From Floridaenema evergladense BLCC-F167 (GTDB lineage Bacteria > Cyanobacteriota > Cyanobacteriia > Cyanobacteriales > Aerosakkonemataceae): DNA of 64,000 nucleotides. The stretch lies in NCBI RefSeq assembly GCF_041929205.1, contig NZ_JBHFNT010000303.1; one strand, written 5' to 3'. Shown piece by piece: positions 27,269 through 36,259 of the stretch. Every line of letters begins with the position of its first letter. Position 1 is the stretch's first letter. The notes beneath the pieces are model-generated. The model was not told where the DNA came from. It was given only the letters and a program-made list of their open reading frames with translations, and did no database searches. The position numbers and the translations under genes were made by a program.

Positions 27269-28725
27269 TCAGATGCGGCACCACAAATTTTCTCTGCCAG
27301 TAGCTAATTGACCTTCAATTCTTGCCGCTTCTGCTTTTGCTCTCGCTGCTGCGGTAGCTTGACCTGTAGTTTCGATCGCAGAGTTTTCCGCTTGCAATTC
27401 TAACAGATTTCTCCGTTCCGCTTCGGCTGCACCTTTATCAACAATTGCCTGTCTTTCTAACCTAGATTTTGCTTCTTGTTCGATCCGTTCGGCATCATGT
27501 CTAGCAGCAGCTTCTTGGGCATCAGTAGTAATTTGAATCGCAATTTGTACCGACTTTTGCAAACTTTTCAAAGTTTCTTCATCTACTGGTTCTACTGATT
27601 GAATATCAACGTTAAAAATTACCAAATTATTGGTTCTAAAACGGAATTCTTCCCGCACTCGACCTTCGGTATCTGTACCAAATACAGCAGTACGAATAAT
27701 CCGAGCAGAATTGCGGTGAAACTCGTCAAATTTTACACTGGCTACTGCACCCCGAACGCGAGATGCGATCGCTTTACAAGCAGTATCTACAAAATCAGGT
27801 ACTTGGAAAAGTTTTGCCGCTGCTTGTTCATCATCTCGATTAACATCAAAATACCAATTATAAGACAAACGTAACTGAAGTCTGGCATGATCTGATGTTT
27901 CAACTGTGAACAAATCAGTCATAAAATCTGGGCCTAATAATAAGGCCAAAGACTTGATTATATGAGGTCTTTTTGGTACGCTACCGGATAAACTCAACAC
28001 CGTAAAAGCTTCATCTGGCCCCAGCATTACTAAGTCTGGGCCAAATACAGTTCTGGCGGTTCTTTCCTTATAATCATGTATTTGCACGGCGGCATTTTGG
28101 GGAACATGAAAAACCACAGCCCTTGTTTTATTTCGTTCGCTTCTTGTCTCAGATTTCGAGGGAATTTCTGATATTTGATTTTGCCGATCGCCACCTTTGT
28201 TAGTATGATGTCGCCCCCTTTCCGAAACCGGATCGTTTTTAATTGCTAATAGTTCTTCCACAATTGGTGGCAATTCTTTTTCCCACAGTTCTTCATAAGG
28301 ACTGAGCATATAAGCTTGCGGGCCACTAACAACTTTCACTTCACCTGTTTGAATATCTCTAATATAAATTCCTTCATTCTTATCCAGAGGAATTGCTTGA
28401 CGTTTTTCAACTACTTCTACTTGCACAGGAGGGATATAATCTCTTGGCCCTGCAATCATCCACATATCCCCTGGTTGACGTTGAATTAATATCGAGGTGG
28501 TACAATAATCATCGGTTCCGGTTTTAATATTAACCGTTCGTGATCGCGCAAAGTAATAGTTTGTGGGCCAACTTCCAGTCTAGTCACCCCTGTATTGTTA
28601 TCTAAAACGTGAATAAATTGCTGAGGTTTTAAGCGAATTATGCCGCTAGCAATTCCTGGTAATTCGGATTTATTTTCTGTAGTGCGATCGCTTATATTCA
28701 TAGCCATCTTTTCCAAGTAATTCAA
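27269..28725 (-). pseudogene. major vault protein (MVP)-like gene, fragmented and truncated
   Basis: Fragment 28486-28725 ([29 protein letters not shown]...IIVPPRY) resembles MVP repeat 1. A TAA stop and +1 frameshift follow. Fragment 27269-28465 aligns by recollection with MVP repeat 8, the shoulder and the start of the cap-helix ([22 protein letters not shown]..., [48 protein letters not shown]). Repeats 2-7 and the distal cap-helix/C-terminus are absent. Confidence 0.55.
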
Positions 28726-29136
28726 TACTTTTACCTGGGATAAACGCGATTATTTCCTCTGGCAGCTTTCTCTTTCTAAAAAAGCGAAAATAACGTTATC
28801 CTTGCTAATCCTGCTCAATTCTAACCGCCAGATTTCAGCAATAGCTAACTTGTAATACAACTACAATTTTCTATGAAATTCTTAACGGTCTAAATCTACC
28901 AAAACTACCGCATAATTTTTTCTAACTTTTAGTTATTTCATCAATCCCTAATCTTTTTAATTGGCTGGGCTTTTCCATCAATAAATCTGCTTATCTAATA
29001 TGGTTTCGATTTCTGCTGGACTCATTCTATTTCTTCTTTCGGCATTGACTACATTTTGCTAACTATTCGTCAAGATTTTGAGCAAATTTTGCAGCTAATA
29101 AATTAGGAGATGAAGCTTAATTGATGAATTCAGAGA

Positions 29137-32100
29137 TTAAGATTGCAAATCAAACAGATTGCCCTGTCCACAGTTACCATTGATAATCTCTAAGAGTGCA
29201 GTACGTTCGGTTTCATTAAAATGCCATCGCCATACCCAAAAAGCGCGAATTTGCCCGTACTGATTAGCGATCGCTTCCCAATCCGCCTGACACTGTATTA
29301 CTGCCAAAAGTTTCGCTATTTGACGTGGTTCCTTTGTTTGATTGTACCCCCTAGTACCTGGATACTCGGCTGGCAATTGGATTAACGTATCATCTGAAAG
29401 TTTCAGAGTGATAGCACGAGGCGTATTGTCCTCTAACACCAAACCAGATTCCCCAGAGGCAGGTGAAACTGGTGAGACTGGTGAAACCAGATGAAACTGA
29501 GGTAAAACTGAAGCGGTTTCAAGTTCAAACCCTTGATTAGTAAGAGTTTCAGTCGGTGAAACCATTGAAACCAAATCTTGAGAACTAGAGACTAAATCTG
29601 TTTTTTGAGTTTCTTGGTTTCCTTCACAGTTATGAGAGGCTGAAACAGTTGGTATTAGGTGATTAGAGCCGGAAACTGAATTTAGTTTCTCATCAGTTTC
29701 ACTATCAACGACAACTTCAGCGTCAGGAGGCATATCGTCACCACCTGGATGATTTGGGCGATCGCCAGGGCCATTGTCGGGAGGATTGTCAGGTGGATCT
29801 GTGTCATCGGAGTCAATACCAAACAACTCAATGGGAATTAACCACGCCTTTTTCATTTTCTTTTGCGGTGGGTTAGGTTTAAGCAACCTCCCTTCAGAAT
29901 CGTACCCTGCTGTTAACAAAGCTCGCTTATAGGCTAAAACTTCATCTCGCGAAGCATCAAAACGGACAGAGCGATCGACTATGCCACCTATCTTCAATAA
30001 AGTAGCTTTGAGGGATTTTTGATTGTAAGTGGCAGGTTTAAAAGCTTTTTGGACTTCACTCCAAACACTCGCCGGATGAATAGCTACCCACTGTACACCG
30101 TCGTCATCAGTCAATAAACGCTTATCCCAACTACCAACTTCGTCTTTCCCTTCCAACGCCTGAATGCAGCGAACAAAATCAGTTAATGGGTTGCCATTAT
30201 TCTCCTCATCATTCTCGATCGGTGTTAAGTTATCCAAAGCCCAAATGCGAGGTTGTTCGTTTCCTCCTACCAGTTCAATTACCTTTTCGGCATAATAGAC
30301 AACCAGTGCCAAATTCCAAGCAATACGTTCGTGTGCTAAAGGTAATCGGGCTAAAAATTCACTGCAAATAGCATTAATTTCCTGGGGATGATAGCCAATC
30401 CCAATTAATGTGGAAAAAGAACCGGAAGCTAATTTCATCGCCTCCTTCAGCTGAGGAATCGCTACAGTGTCACCACCTGGGTAAAAAGGAACTCTGGCAA
30501 ACCGAGTGAAAGCCGCATCGTGTTCGCCGCCTAGTATATGGTTACTGGTAAAGCCTAAAGGACTGCGTGGTGTTTGCCGATTTCCCCTGACTACACGCGG
30601 TTTGGCGTTGTACATCGCCTTGCAAAATTCGTCCAACTCTCTAGTACTGTCCCCGTTGCGTGGAGGATCGTCCCAGATTACGGGTAAACTACCTGTTTTA
30701 CTCAGGTGTTCGTAGACAGCAGAGATGGTAACTTTGCTAATCATTCCCAAAGATGCCCAGTTGGTGCCAACTAGAGAAAGTGCTGCTTCTAAGGCAACGG
30801 TTTTTCCCGTACCAATAGCACCGTAGGCATTAAGAATCGGGAATCGTCCTTCTTTATCTAAGATTGTTTGAAAATGAAGCCCAGCAATTACCCAACCACA
30901 ACAAAGTAAAAATTGATTGATATTATCTGCACCAAAAACTATTCTGGCAGCTGCAATTAAACGTTTTAAACCTTCAATTCCCGTATCTTCTGCCACTATT
31001 GGACAGGGAATAAAGTCCTCTTTTCCTAATGCTGGGTCAAATACGGTAGAACTATCGCTTTCAGTTGTTGGTTGACCATCTGATGTGAACTGAGCATTAT
31101 TTAATACCCATAAGCCGTTTGATTGTTGTCCGTAGCGATCGATCGACCGAAAAATTTGCCCCTCACGATGACGGCGATACACTGCTTGTTTGGCAGCAAT
31201 TAAAGCATTAAGTTCCCATTTAGTTAAACTAACCACCACCACAAATCCTAAAGCTTTGGAAAGGGCAGTGGTGAATTTATCGGGTGATGTCAAGTCAGTC
31301 GCTTTGATCAGTACTCGATACTGTGTTTGTTCCCATTCTGGTTTCAGTTGCAGTATGAAACCGCCCCCTTCTTCCGAGGTGAGTTCCCGTTCAATGGCGA
31401 AATCAAAATTACAGCGAGGTTGCCAAGTAATCTCGCCATCCTTGTTTGTTTTCCAGTAACCGATGGTTCCCAAGTAGCTTTGCGGTTCGTTCCAATCAAC
31501 AGTTTCTGCTTGTTCAAACTGCTTTTCCCAAAGGTTGATAGAGGTACATTTACCAATTACTTCATGGATAAAGTTATTAGCACCGTGATTTTGGATGTAA
31601 TCATCGGCTCCTTTATCACCGTTGGGATAGCTCTCATCACATTGCCACAAACCAGTTGCGTTGTACAAGGGGACTTGAAAGGCTTTTAGCTGGTGCGCGA
31701 GTTTGCGCTGTGCCCAGCGAACACCAGGTTTGGTAGCAGCATCGGCATCAAAGCAGAAGATGAAACCGAAACCTGCTTTAGCGAAGTTCTCTAGTCCGGG
31801 TACCAAGTAGCGTTTCTTTTGTGGGTCTTCCTTGCTACTGGTTAATCCCATCTCGACACCGAGTAAGACAATCGTAGCAATGCCAGCAGCATTAATTGCC
31901 ATCCCGGTGAACACGCCTTCTGTAATCACTAAACAGGGATGACCGTCTATTTTATAAGCTTTTTGTTTGAGTGCTTCTAGGTCATTCCAGAACCGGGGGT
32001 CATCTGGGTGATGTAGGAGAATCGCATCGTAGTCACCCAATGGTGAACGATACTTGGGGGCTTTCTTTGTTTTATCGTCTCGCCAGGGTTTATCGGGTAA

Positions 32101-32304
32101 AAATTGAATCTGAATCCCGATTCCTTCAAGTAGTATGCCATCTGATTTGGCGGTGTAACCCAGTCGGTATGAGGCTTCTTGAGCAGAAACGGAACGACAG
32201 TTGGCTAGTGCCCAATTTAGCGGTAGTCCCCGTCGATAGATTTCCTGGATATGACGGGGATTAAGGGTTTCACAAGTGCTTTTGTTCTCAGATTCCATGT
32301 TCAC
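29137..32304 (-). CDS. plasmid-type replication primase-helicase (TOPRIM-like DUF3854 N-domain + SF3/D5-like P-loop NTPase)
   Basis: 1055 aa. The N-terminal region (..FIFCFDADAATKPG..) resembles the TOPRIM-like DUF3854 domain. The central part has Walker A LNAYGAIGTGKTVALEAAL and Walker B SLPVIWDDPP. A Pro-rich low-complexity linker (PPDNPPDNGPGDRPNHPGGDD) precedes a C-terminal domain. An iteron-like region lies directly upstream. Confidence 0.6.
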   Translation of the reverse strand: MNMESENKSTCETLNPRHIQEIYRRGLPLNWALANCRSVSAQEASYRLGYTAKSDGILLEGIGIQIQFLPDKPWRDDKTKKAPKYRSPLGDYDAILLHHPDDPRFWNDLEALKQKAYKIDGHPCLVITEGVFTGMAINAAGIATIVLLGVEMGLTSSKEDPQKKRYLVPGLENFAKAGFGFIFCFDADAATKPGVRWAQRKLAHQLKAFQVPLYNATGLWQCDESYPNGDKGADDYIQNHGANNFIHEVIGKCTSINLWEKQFEQAETVDWNEPQSYLGTIGYWKTNKDGEITWQPRCNFDFAIERELTSEEGGGFILQLKPEWEQTQYRVLIKATDLTSPDKFTTALSKALGFVVVVSLTKWELNALIAAKQAVYRRHREGQIFRSIDRYGQQSNGLWVLNNAQFTSDGQPTTESDSSTVFDPALGKEDFIPCPIVAEDTGIEGLKRLIAAARIVFGADNINQFLLCCGWVIAGLHFQTILDKEGRFPILNAYGAIGTGKTVALEAALSLVGTNWASLGMISKVTISAVYEHLSKTGSLPVIWDDPPRNGDSTRELDEFCKAMYNAKPRVVRGNRQTPRSPLGFTSNHILGGEHDAAFTRFARVPFYPGGDTVAIPQLKEAMKLASGSFSTLIGIGYHPQEINAICSEFLARLPLAHERIAWNLALVVYYAEKVIELVGGNEQPRIWALDNLTPIENDEENNGNPLTDFVRCIQALEGKDEVGSWDKRLLTDDDGVQWVAIHPASVWSEVQKAFKPATYNQKSLKATLLKIGGIVDRSVRFDASRDEVLAYKRALLTAGYDSEGRLLKPNPPQKKMKKAWLIPIELFGIDSDDTDPPDNPPDNGPGDRPNHPGGDDMPPDAEVVVDSETDEKLNSVSGSNHLIPTVSASHNCEGNQETQKTDLVSSSQDLVSMVSPTETLTNQGFELETASVLPQFHLVSPVSPVSPASGESGLVLEDNTPRAITLKLSDDTLIQLPAEYPGTRGYNQTKEPRQIAKLLAVIQCQADWEAIANQYGQIRAFWVWRWHFNETERTALLEIINGNCGQGNLFDLQS

Positions 32305-33327
32305 ACCTTATAAGCTTGTTGGTGCTGGTGGTAATCCAGAACTGATTTTGGAGAGATGAGTAATCTAGGTACTCAATAAACAGTGAGGTCTTATGTGGCA
32401 TAGTCTTTAATTTTGTGCGCCATGGCGCACAAATTCAAGGATGCAGAATTTTTTAGCTCTTTTAGATTAGCAGCCCCCTGTTCACAGACATTTGACAGTC
32501 CTTGGATCATAATGATCATAATGATCAGATTTGTGAACAAAAATGGAACCCTTACTGAATAAAGGTTTAAGACGACGAAAAAATATTTTTGGGTAAGCCG
32601 AGGGGTATTTCTGGGTAAGCCGAGGGGTATTTTTCTGTGTACAGGCTGAATATTAGTATTGGCAAGGGTTTGGGACTTTTGGTTAACTCAAGGGGTATTA
32701 TTGTTCACTAACTCTTAATGAAGCTAAAATGCAAGTGGATAAGGCTTTTCAGATGTTCTAGTTCAGATTGAGTTTCCTGTTCACAAGGAGTCATTAGATA
32801 CGCCTCATTCAGTGCAAAGAGTACCTGATTCATACAAGTCTCATCTCATTGCTCGCTATGTTTATCCAACTAACGCAGTACTGCCTAAGTTCAGTCTCGC
32901 AAAACAGTCTTGAGGAACTGAAGCAGCGAAGCTCACTACTTCAGTTCACCCGCGACAGATTGCCAATCTGGAACTGATTTTAACTGCTTCAGGTCAGGTT
33001 CAGTCCTTTCGATATAAGCAAGTAAGATTGTCGGAAGCTGGATGCGATGAAAGTTGCACATCCAGATTTAACAGAGAGGGGCGAGGGGTATTGACTGCTC
33101 CTCAATTCCTGTCTCAAATTACTTAAACTTGCTCATTCATTCAGCTAGAACCAGCAAATGAGCAAGTTTAACCTAAACACGAAACTAAGAAAGCGGTAAA
33201 AACAAATGATTAATTCATTAGCTTTTTAAATAGCTCAATAACTGAATTAAATTATTATTTAAAGTTTTTAAAGGTCGGGATTAAATATGTTAGAATTAAC
33301 CAATATACATATTAAGTAATTGCTTAA
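32305..33327. promoter_or_regulatory. non-coding region with iteron-like direct repeats and palindromes; putative replication origin / rep promoter
   Basis: About 1 kb has no convincing ORF. It contains the 22-bp palindrome TTTGTGCGCCATGGCGCACAAA (32412-32433). GATCATAAT is tandemly repeated 2.6 times (32505-32528), flanked by inverted TGTTCACA/TGTGAACA. The 20-mer GGGTAAGCCGAGGGGTATTT is repeated in tandem (32591-32610, 32613-32632). GAGGGGTATT cores recur at 32691 and 33082. CCTGTTCACA recurs at 32776. Confidence 0.35.
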
Positions 33328-34548
33328 ATGCTGAAAAGTTTTAAGACAAAGCTAAACCTAAATAACCAGCAAAGAACATTAGCTTCTCAACACGCAGGGG
33401 TTTCTCGTCACGCTTGGAATTGGGGTTTAAATGTTTGTCTTACAGCAAAAGATGCTCAGGAAAAGCGACCAAGTGCTATTGACTTACATAAGCGATTAGT
33501 AGCAGAAGTTAAATCAGTTAATCCTTGGTATTATCAAGTTTCCAAATGCGCTCCTCAACAAGCGTTAAGATATTTAGATGAAGCATTTAAACGTTGTTTT
33601 AAAGTTCCGGGGACTCGTCAACCTAAGTTTAAAAAGAAAAATATTAAAGACAGTTTCTATCTAGAAGGAAATATTAAGATTTCTGGCAATCAGATCAAAA
33701 TCCCTAAGTTTGGCTGGGTTAAATGTTATGAAATCCTCCCAACAGTTCAACCTAAAAATGTCACCATTTCCAAAAAAGCAAATGATTGGTATATCAGCTT
33801 TAGATACGAGTTAGAGCCATCGCCAATTCGCCATACTAGAAAGCGGATCGGAGTTGACGTAGGAATTAATGCTCTGGCTACTTGTTCGGATGGTACAGTT
33901 TTTCCTAACCGGAAAGCTTATCGAAAGGCTAAAAGAAAGTTAGCTCATCTGCAACGGTCTTTCTGTCGTAAGCAACTCGGTTCAAAAAACCGCGCCAAAG
34001 CAAATCTAAAGGTAGCTAGATTGCATAGAAAAGTTGCTAACATCAGACAAGACGCATTGCACAAACTAACAACTTGGCTAGCTAAAAACCACAGCGAAAT
34101 TGTGATAGAGAATTTAAACGTCTCTGGAATGCTAAGAAATCATAGATTGGCTAGTGCTCTTGCTGATTGTGGATTCTATGAATTTAAAAGGCAACTTGAA
34201 TATAAAGCTAGTTGGTATGGTTCAACAGTAATTAGAGTTGACAGGTTTTACCCAAGCTCGCAACTTTGTAGTTGTTGTCATCATCGTCAAAAAATGCCAC
34301 TCTCAAAAAGAATTTTTAAGTGTGGCAATTGTGGGATGGAGTTAGATAGAGATTTGAATGCCAGTATTAATTTAGAAAATTGGCACGCCATTATTGAATT
34401 TCCAACAACCGTTAGCTCAACGGGGATTGCTTGTGGAGAGTTAAGTAAACTTAATGGTTCAACTGTTAAGGATTCGATGAAGCAAGAAGAAAACGTTAAA
34501 TTTACTTGGTTTGCAGCTTCGTTCTGTGACCAAAGTAAGTTTGAGTAA
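33328..34548 (+). CDS. tnpB: IS200/IS605-family accessory protein TnpB (OrfB, RuvC-like + zinc finger)
   Basis: 406 aa. Typical TnpB N-terminus ...NQQRTLASQHAGVSRHAWNWGL.... The RuvC-like core is IGVDVGINALATCSDG. The C-terminal zinc finger is CSCCHHRQKMPLSKRIFKCGNCGMELDRDLNASINL. No tnpA is adjacent. Confidence 0.85.
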   Translation: MLKSFKTKLNLNNQQRTLASQHAGVSRHAWNWGLNVCLTAKDAQEKRPSAIDLHKRLVAEVKSVNPWYYQVSKCAPQQALRYLDEAFKRCFKVPGTRQPKFKKKNIKDSFYLEGNIKISGNQIKIPKFGWVKCYEILPTVQPKNVTISKKANDWYISFRYELEPSPIRHTRKRIGVDVGINALATCSDGTVFPNRKAYRKAKRKLAHLQRSFCRKQLGSKNRAKANLKVARLHRKVANIRQDALHKLTTWLAKNHSEIVIENLNVSGMLRNHRLASALADCGFYEFKRQLEYKASWYGSTVIRVDRFYPSSQLCSCCHHRQKMPLSKRIFKCGNCGMELDRDLNASINLENWHAIIEFPTTVSSTGIACGELSKLNGSTVKDSMKQEENVKFTWFAASFCDQSKFE

Positions 34549-34568
34549 GTTTTTCGGAGCGGACAACC

Positions 34569-36185
34569 TCAGTGATTGTTTTCCAGTGCTTGGTTGAGGC
34601 GCTTTTGGGTTTGGGCAGTTATAGGTCGTTTGCCAGTTTCGATCATCGAAACCATAGATTTAGCCAGCCCTGCTAATTCAGCAAGTTTAGTAACGCTTAA
34701 TCCTTTCGCTATTCGGAGTTTTCTTACCTCTTCTCCAGTAAGTAGGGAACAATTTAAAAACTGCTGAGACTGAAGTTTAGTATTACTCTGCTGCTTACGC
34801 TTATGAGCTTCGTCAGTTAAAAGTTTTTTCTGGTTAGACTTCCTCTGCTTTGTAATCCCATTCAATCTCTGGACAATCTCTGCTGGAGAACGTACCCAGA
34901 GCCTACCACCTAGTAGCTGTTCAAAACCAGCGGGTGTACGTTTTGTAAAATCAGTCAAGCGTGTCCCTTCTTCCTCAGTCGCATCCAAAGCCCAAAAAGA
35001 TGCCGCTTCTTCAGGATCGTTGGGTATGCTTGTGAGCGGGCTGGGGTTCACTAATTCCGGCCAGTACTGAAGTGGATAAGTTTCCGAATCAGGTTGAATA
35101 CTCCATCCTTTCTCTAGTAAAACTCTCAGCGTAATTTCCCAACGTCTGACCAACTTTTTCCTTTCTTTTGAAGAAGTAATAGCATCTGTCACTAATTCTT
35201 CTCCAAAGGCAACTTTCATTAATGTTTCTACTATCAGCGGACTGCCTGGGTTGACTTTAGTTTTGAATAGCAGCCAGGTCATCAGTCGTGCTGCACCAGG
35301 ATGGTCATACCAAATGCTCATTAAATCGCGTAGCAATCCTTGAGACAAGATCCCGTACTCGTAATAGCCTGCTCTAGAGGCACGTTTTTCCTTATTAAGA
35401 AAGTATTGCGCCCAGTTTCCACATCGGATCTTGAGCGTAAATCCTACGAGCGTTTTCTCACCAATGGGGTTTCCTTGGCGATCGGAAAAACAATCTTGGT
35501 AGTGCAAAATAGGCTCAGCAATCTCCCAAAGGTAAGTGCGACTGACGCTGAACGCTCCAACCGCTCCTTTTTCCGGCCATGATGCGTACACCAGAAGATG
35601 ACAAGGTTGTTTCGCCAGTTCTAACAGCCATGTTAATTTTTGTTGCTTGTTTAGCTTTTTGTTATAGTTCAGACCCAAATATCGTTCCAACTGAACATTA
35701 CTTATAACAAATTGTTGCTCCCAAGGGCGATCGAGTTGTGTAGCATGGGCAGCATAGATCAAATGAAGACAGGCAGCTCGAATATCAAATTGCTCTATCA
35801 GGGCTAGAGCAGCTTCTCCCTCCAAGACAGCAGGAGGCTTTGTGTGCAAATCATCAGTTACCCAAAAAGATATATAGCCCTGACCTTTAGCAACAGGACT
35901 TTCGTAATAGGGTTGCCCTTGTTCAGCGTTAAGCCAACAAAGATTCTGACCTTGCGTCAGAATGTTACATCCTTCCCAAATTAATCTGTTCGATGCCATA
36001 AAATTGGTTTGACCATCGGGGAACAAATTGGGGCTAGTCGGTGGACGGGAAAAGGAACGGTAGCGTCCCCGACGTTGCGGTTGGCTGCTCCGCTCTTTTT
36101 GAGGAACTGCCTTACCAGCTATCTCTGGCTGCTCTGAGGTTCCTAATTGTGTATTGATATTAATTTTATTATTTGTTCCTGGCAT
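34569..36185 (-). CDS. large protein with C-terminal XRE/Cro-type HTH
   Basis: 538 aa. The C-terminus LTGEEVRKLRIAKGLSVTKLAELAGLAKSMVSMIETGKRPIT is a Cro/C1-type helix-turn-helix. The N-terminal ~450 aa are unassigned. Confidence 0.45.
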   Translation of the reverse strand: MPGTNNKININTQLGTSEQPEIAGKAVPQKERSSQPQRRGRYRSFSRPPTSPNLFPDGQTNFMASNRLIWEGCNILTQGQNLCWLNAEQGQPYYESPVAKGQGYISFWVTDDLHTKPPAVLEGEAALALIEQFDIRAACLHLIYAAHATQLDRPWEQQFVISNVQLERYLGLNYNKKLNKQQKLTWLLELAKQPCHLLVYASWPEKGAVGAFSVSRTYLWEIAEPILHYQDCFSDRQGNPIGEKTLVGFTLKIRCGNWAQYFLNKEKRASRAGYYEYGILSQGLLRDLMSIWYDHPGAARLMTWLLFKTKVNPGSPLIVETLMKVAFGEELVTDAITSSKERKKLVRRWEITLRVLLEKGWSIQPDSETYPLQYWPELVNPSPLTSIPNDPEEAASFWALDATEEEGTRLTDFTKRTPAGFEQLLGGRLWVRSPAEIVQRLNGITKQRKSNQKKLLTDEAHKRKQQSNTKLQSQQFLNCSLLTGEEVRKLRIAKGLSVTKLAELAGLAKSMVSMIETGKRPITAQTQKRLNQALENNH

Positions 36186-36259
36186 TAGTTGGGCTTTCCC
36201 CGAAATTGCTAAATGGTAAAGTGAGCTAAGGAAAGAATTAGTGAATTAATGCGGACTTC

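Noticed and set aside
27269-28465. Initially read this ORF as a generic SPFH/flotillin protein, because of its band-7-like core and Ala/Glu-rich coiled coil.
   Set aside because: The long collinear matches to the MVP repeat, shoulder and cap-helix are much more specific. This includes the upstream repeat-1 fragment. The MVP shoulder is itself SPFH-like, which explains the first impression.
32591-32632. Checked whether the tandem 20-mers could be a CRISPR array.
   Set aside because: There are only two units, separated by 2 bp rather than ~30-bp spacers, and no cas genes. Iterons are the better explanation.
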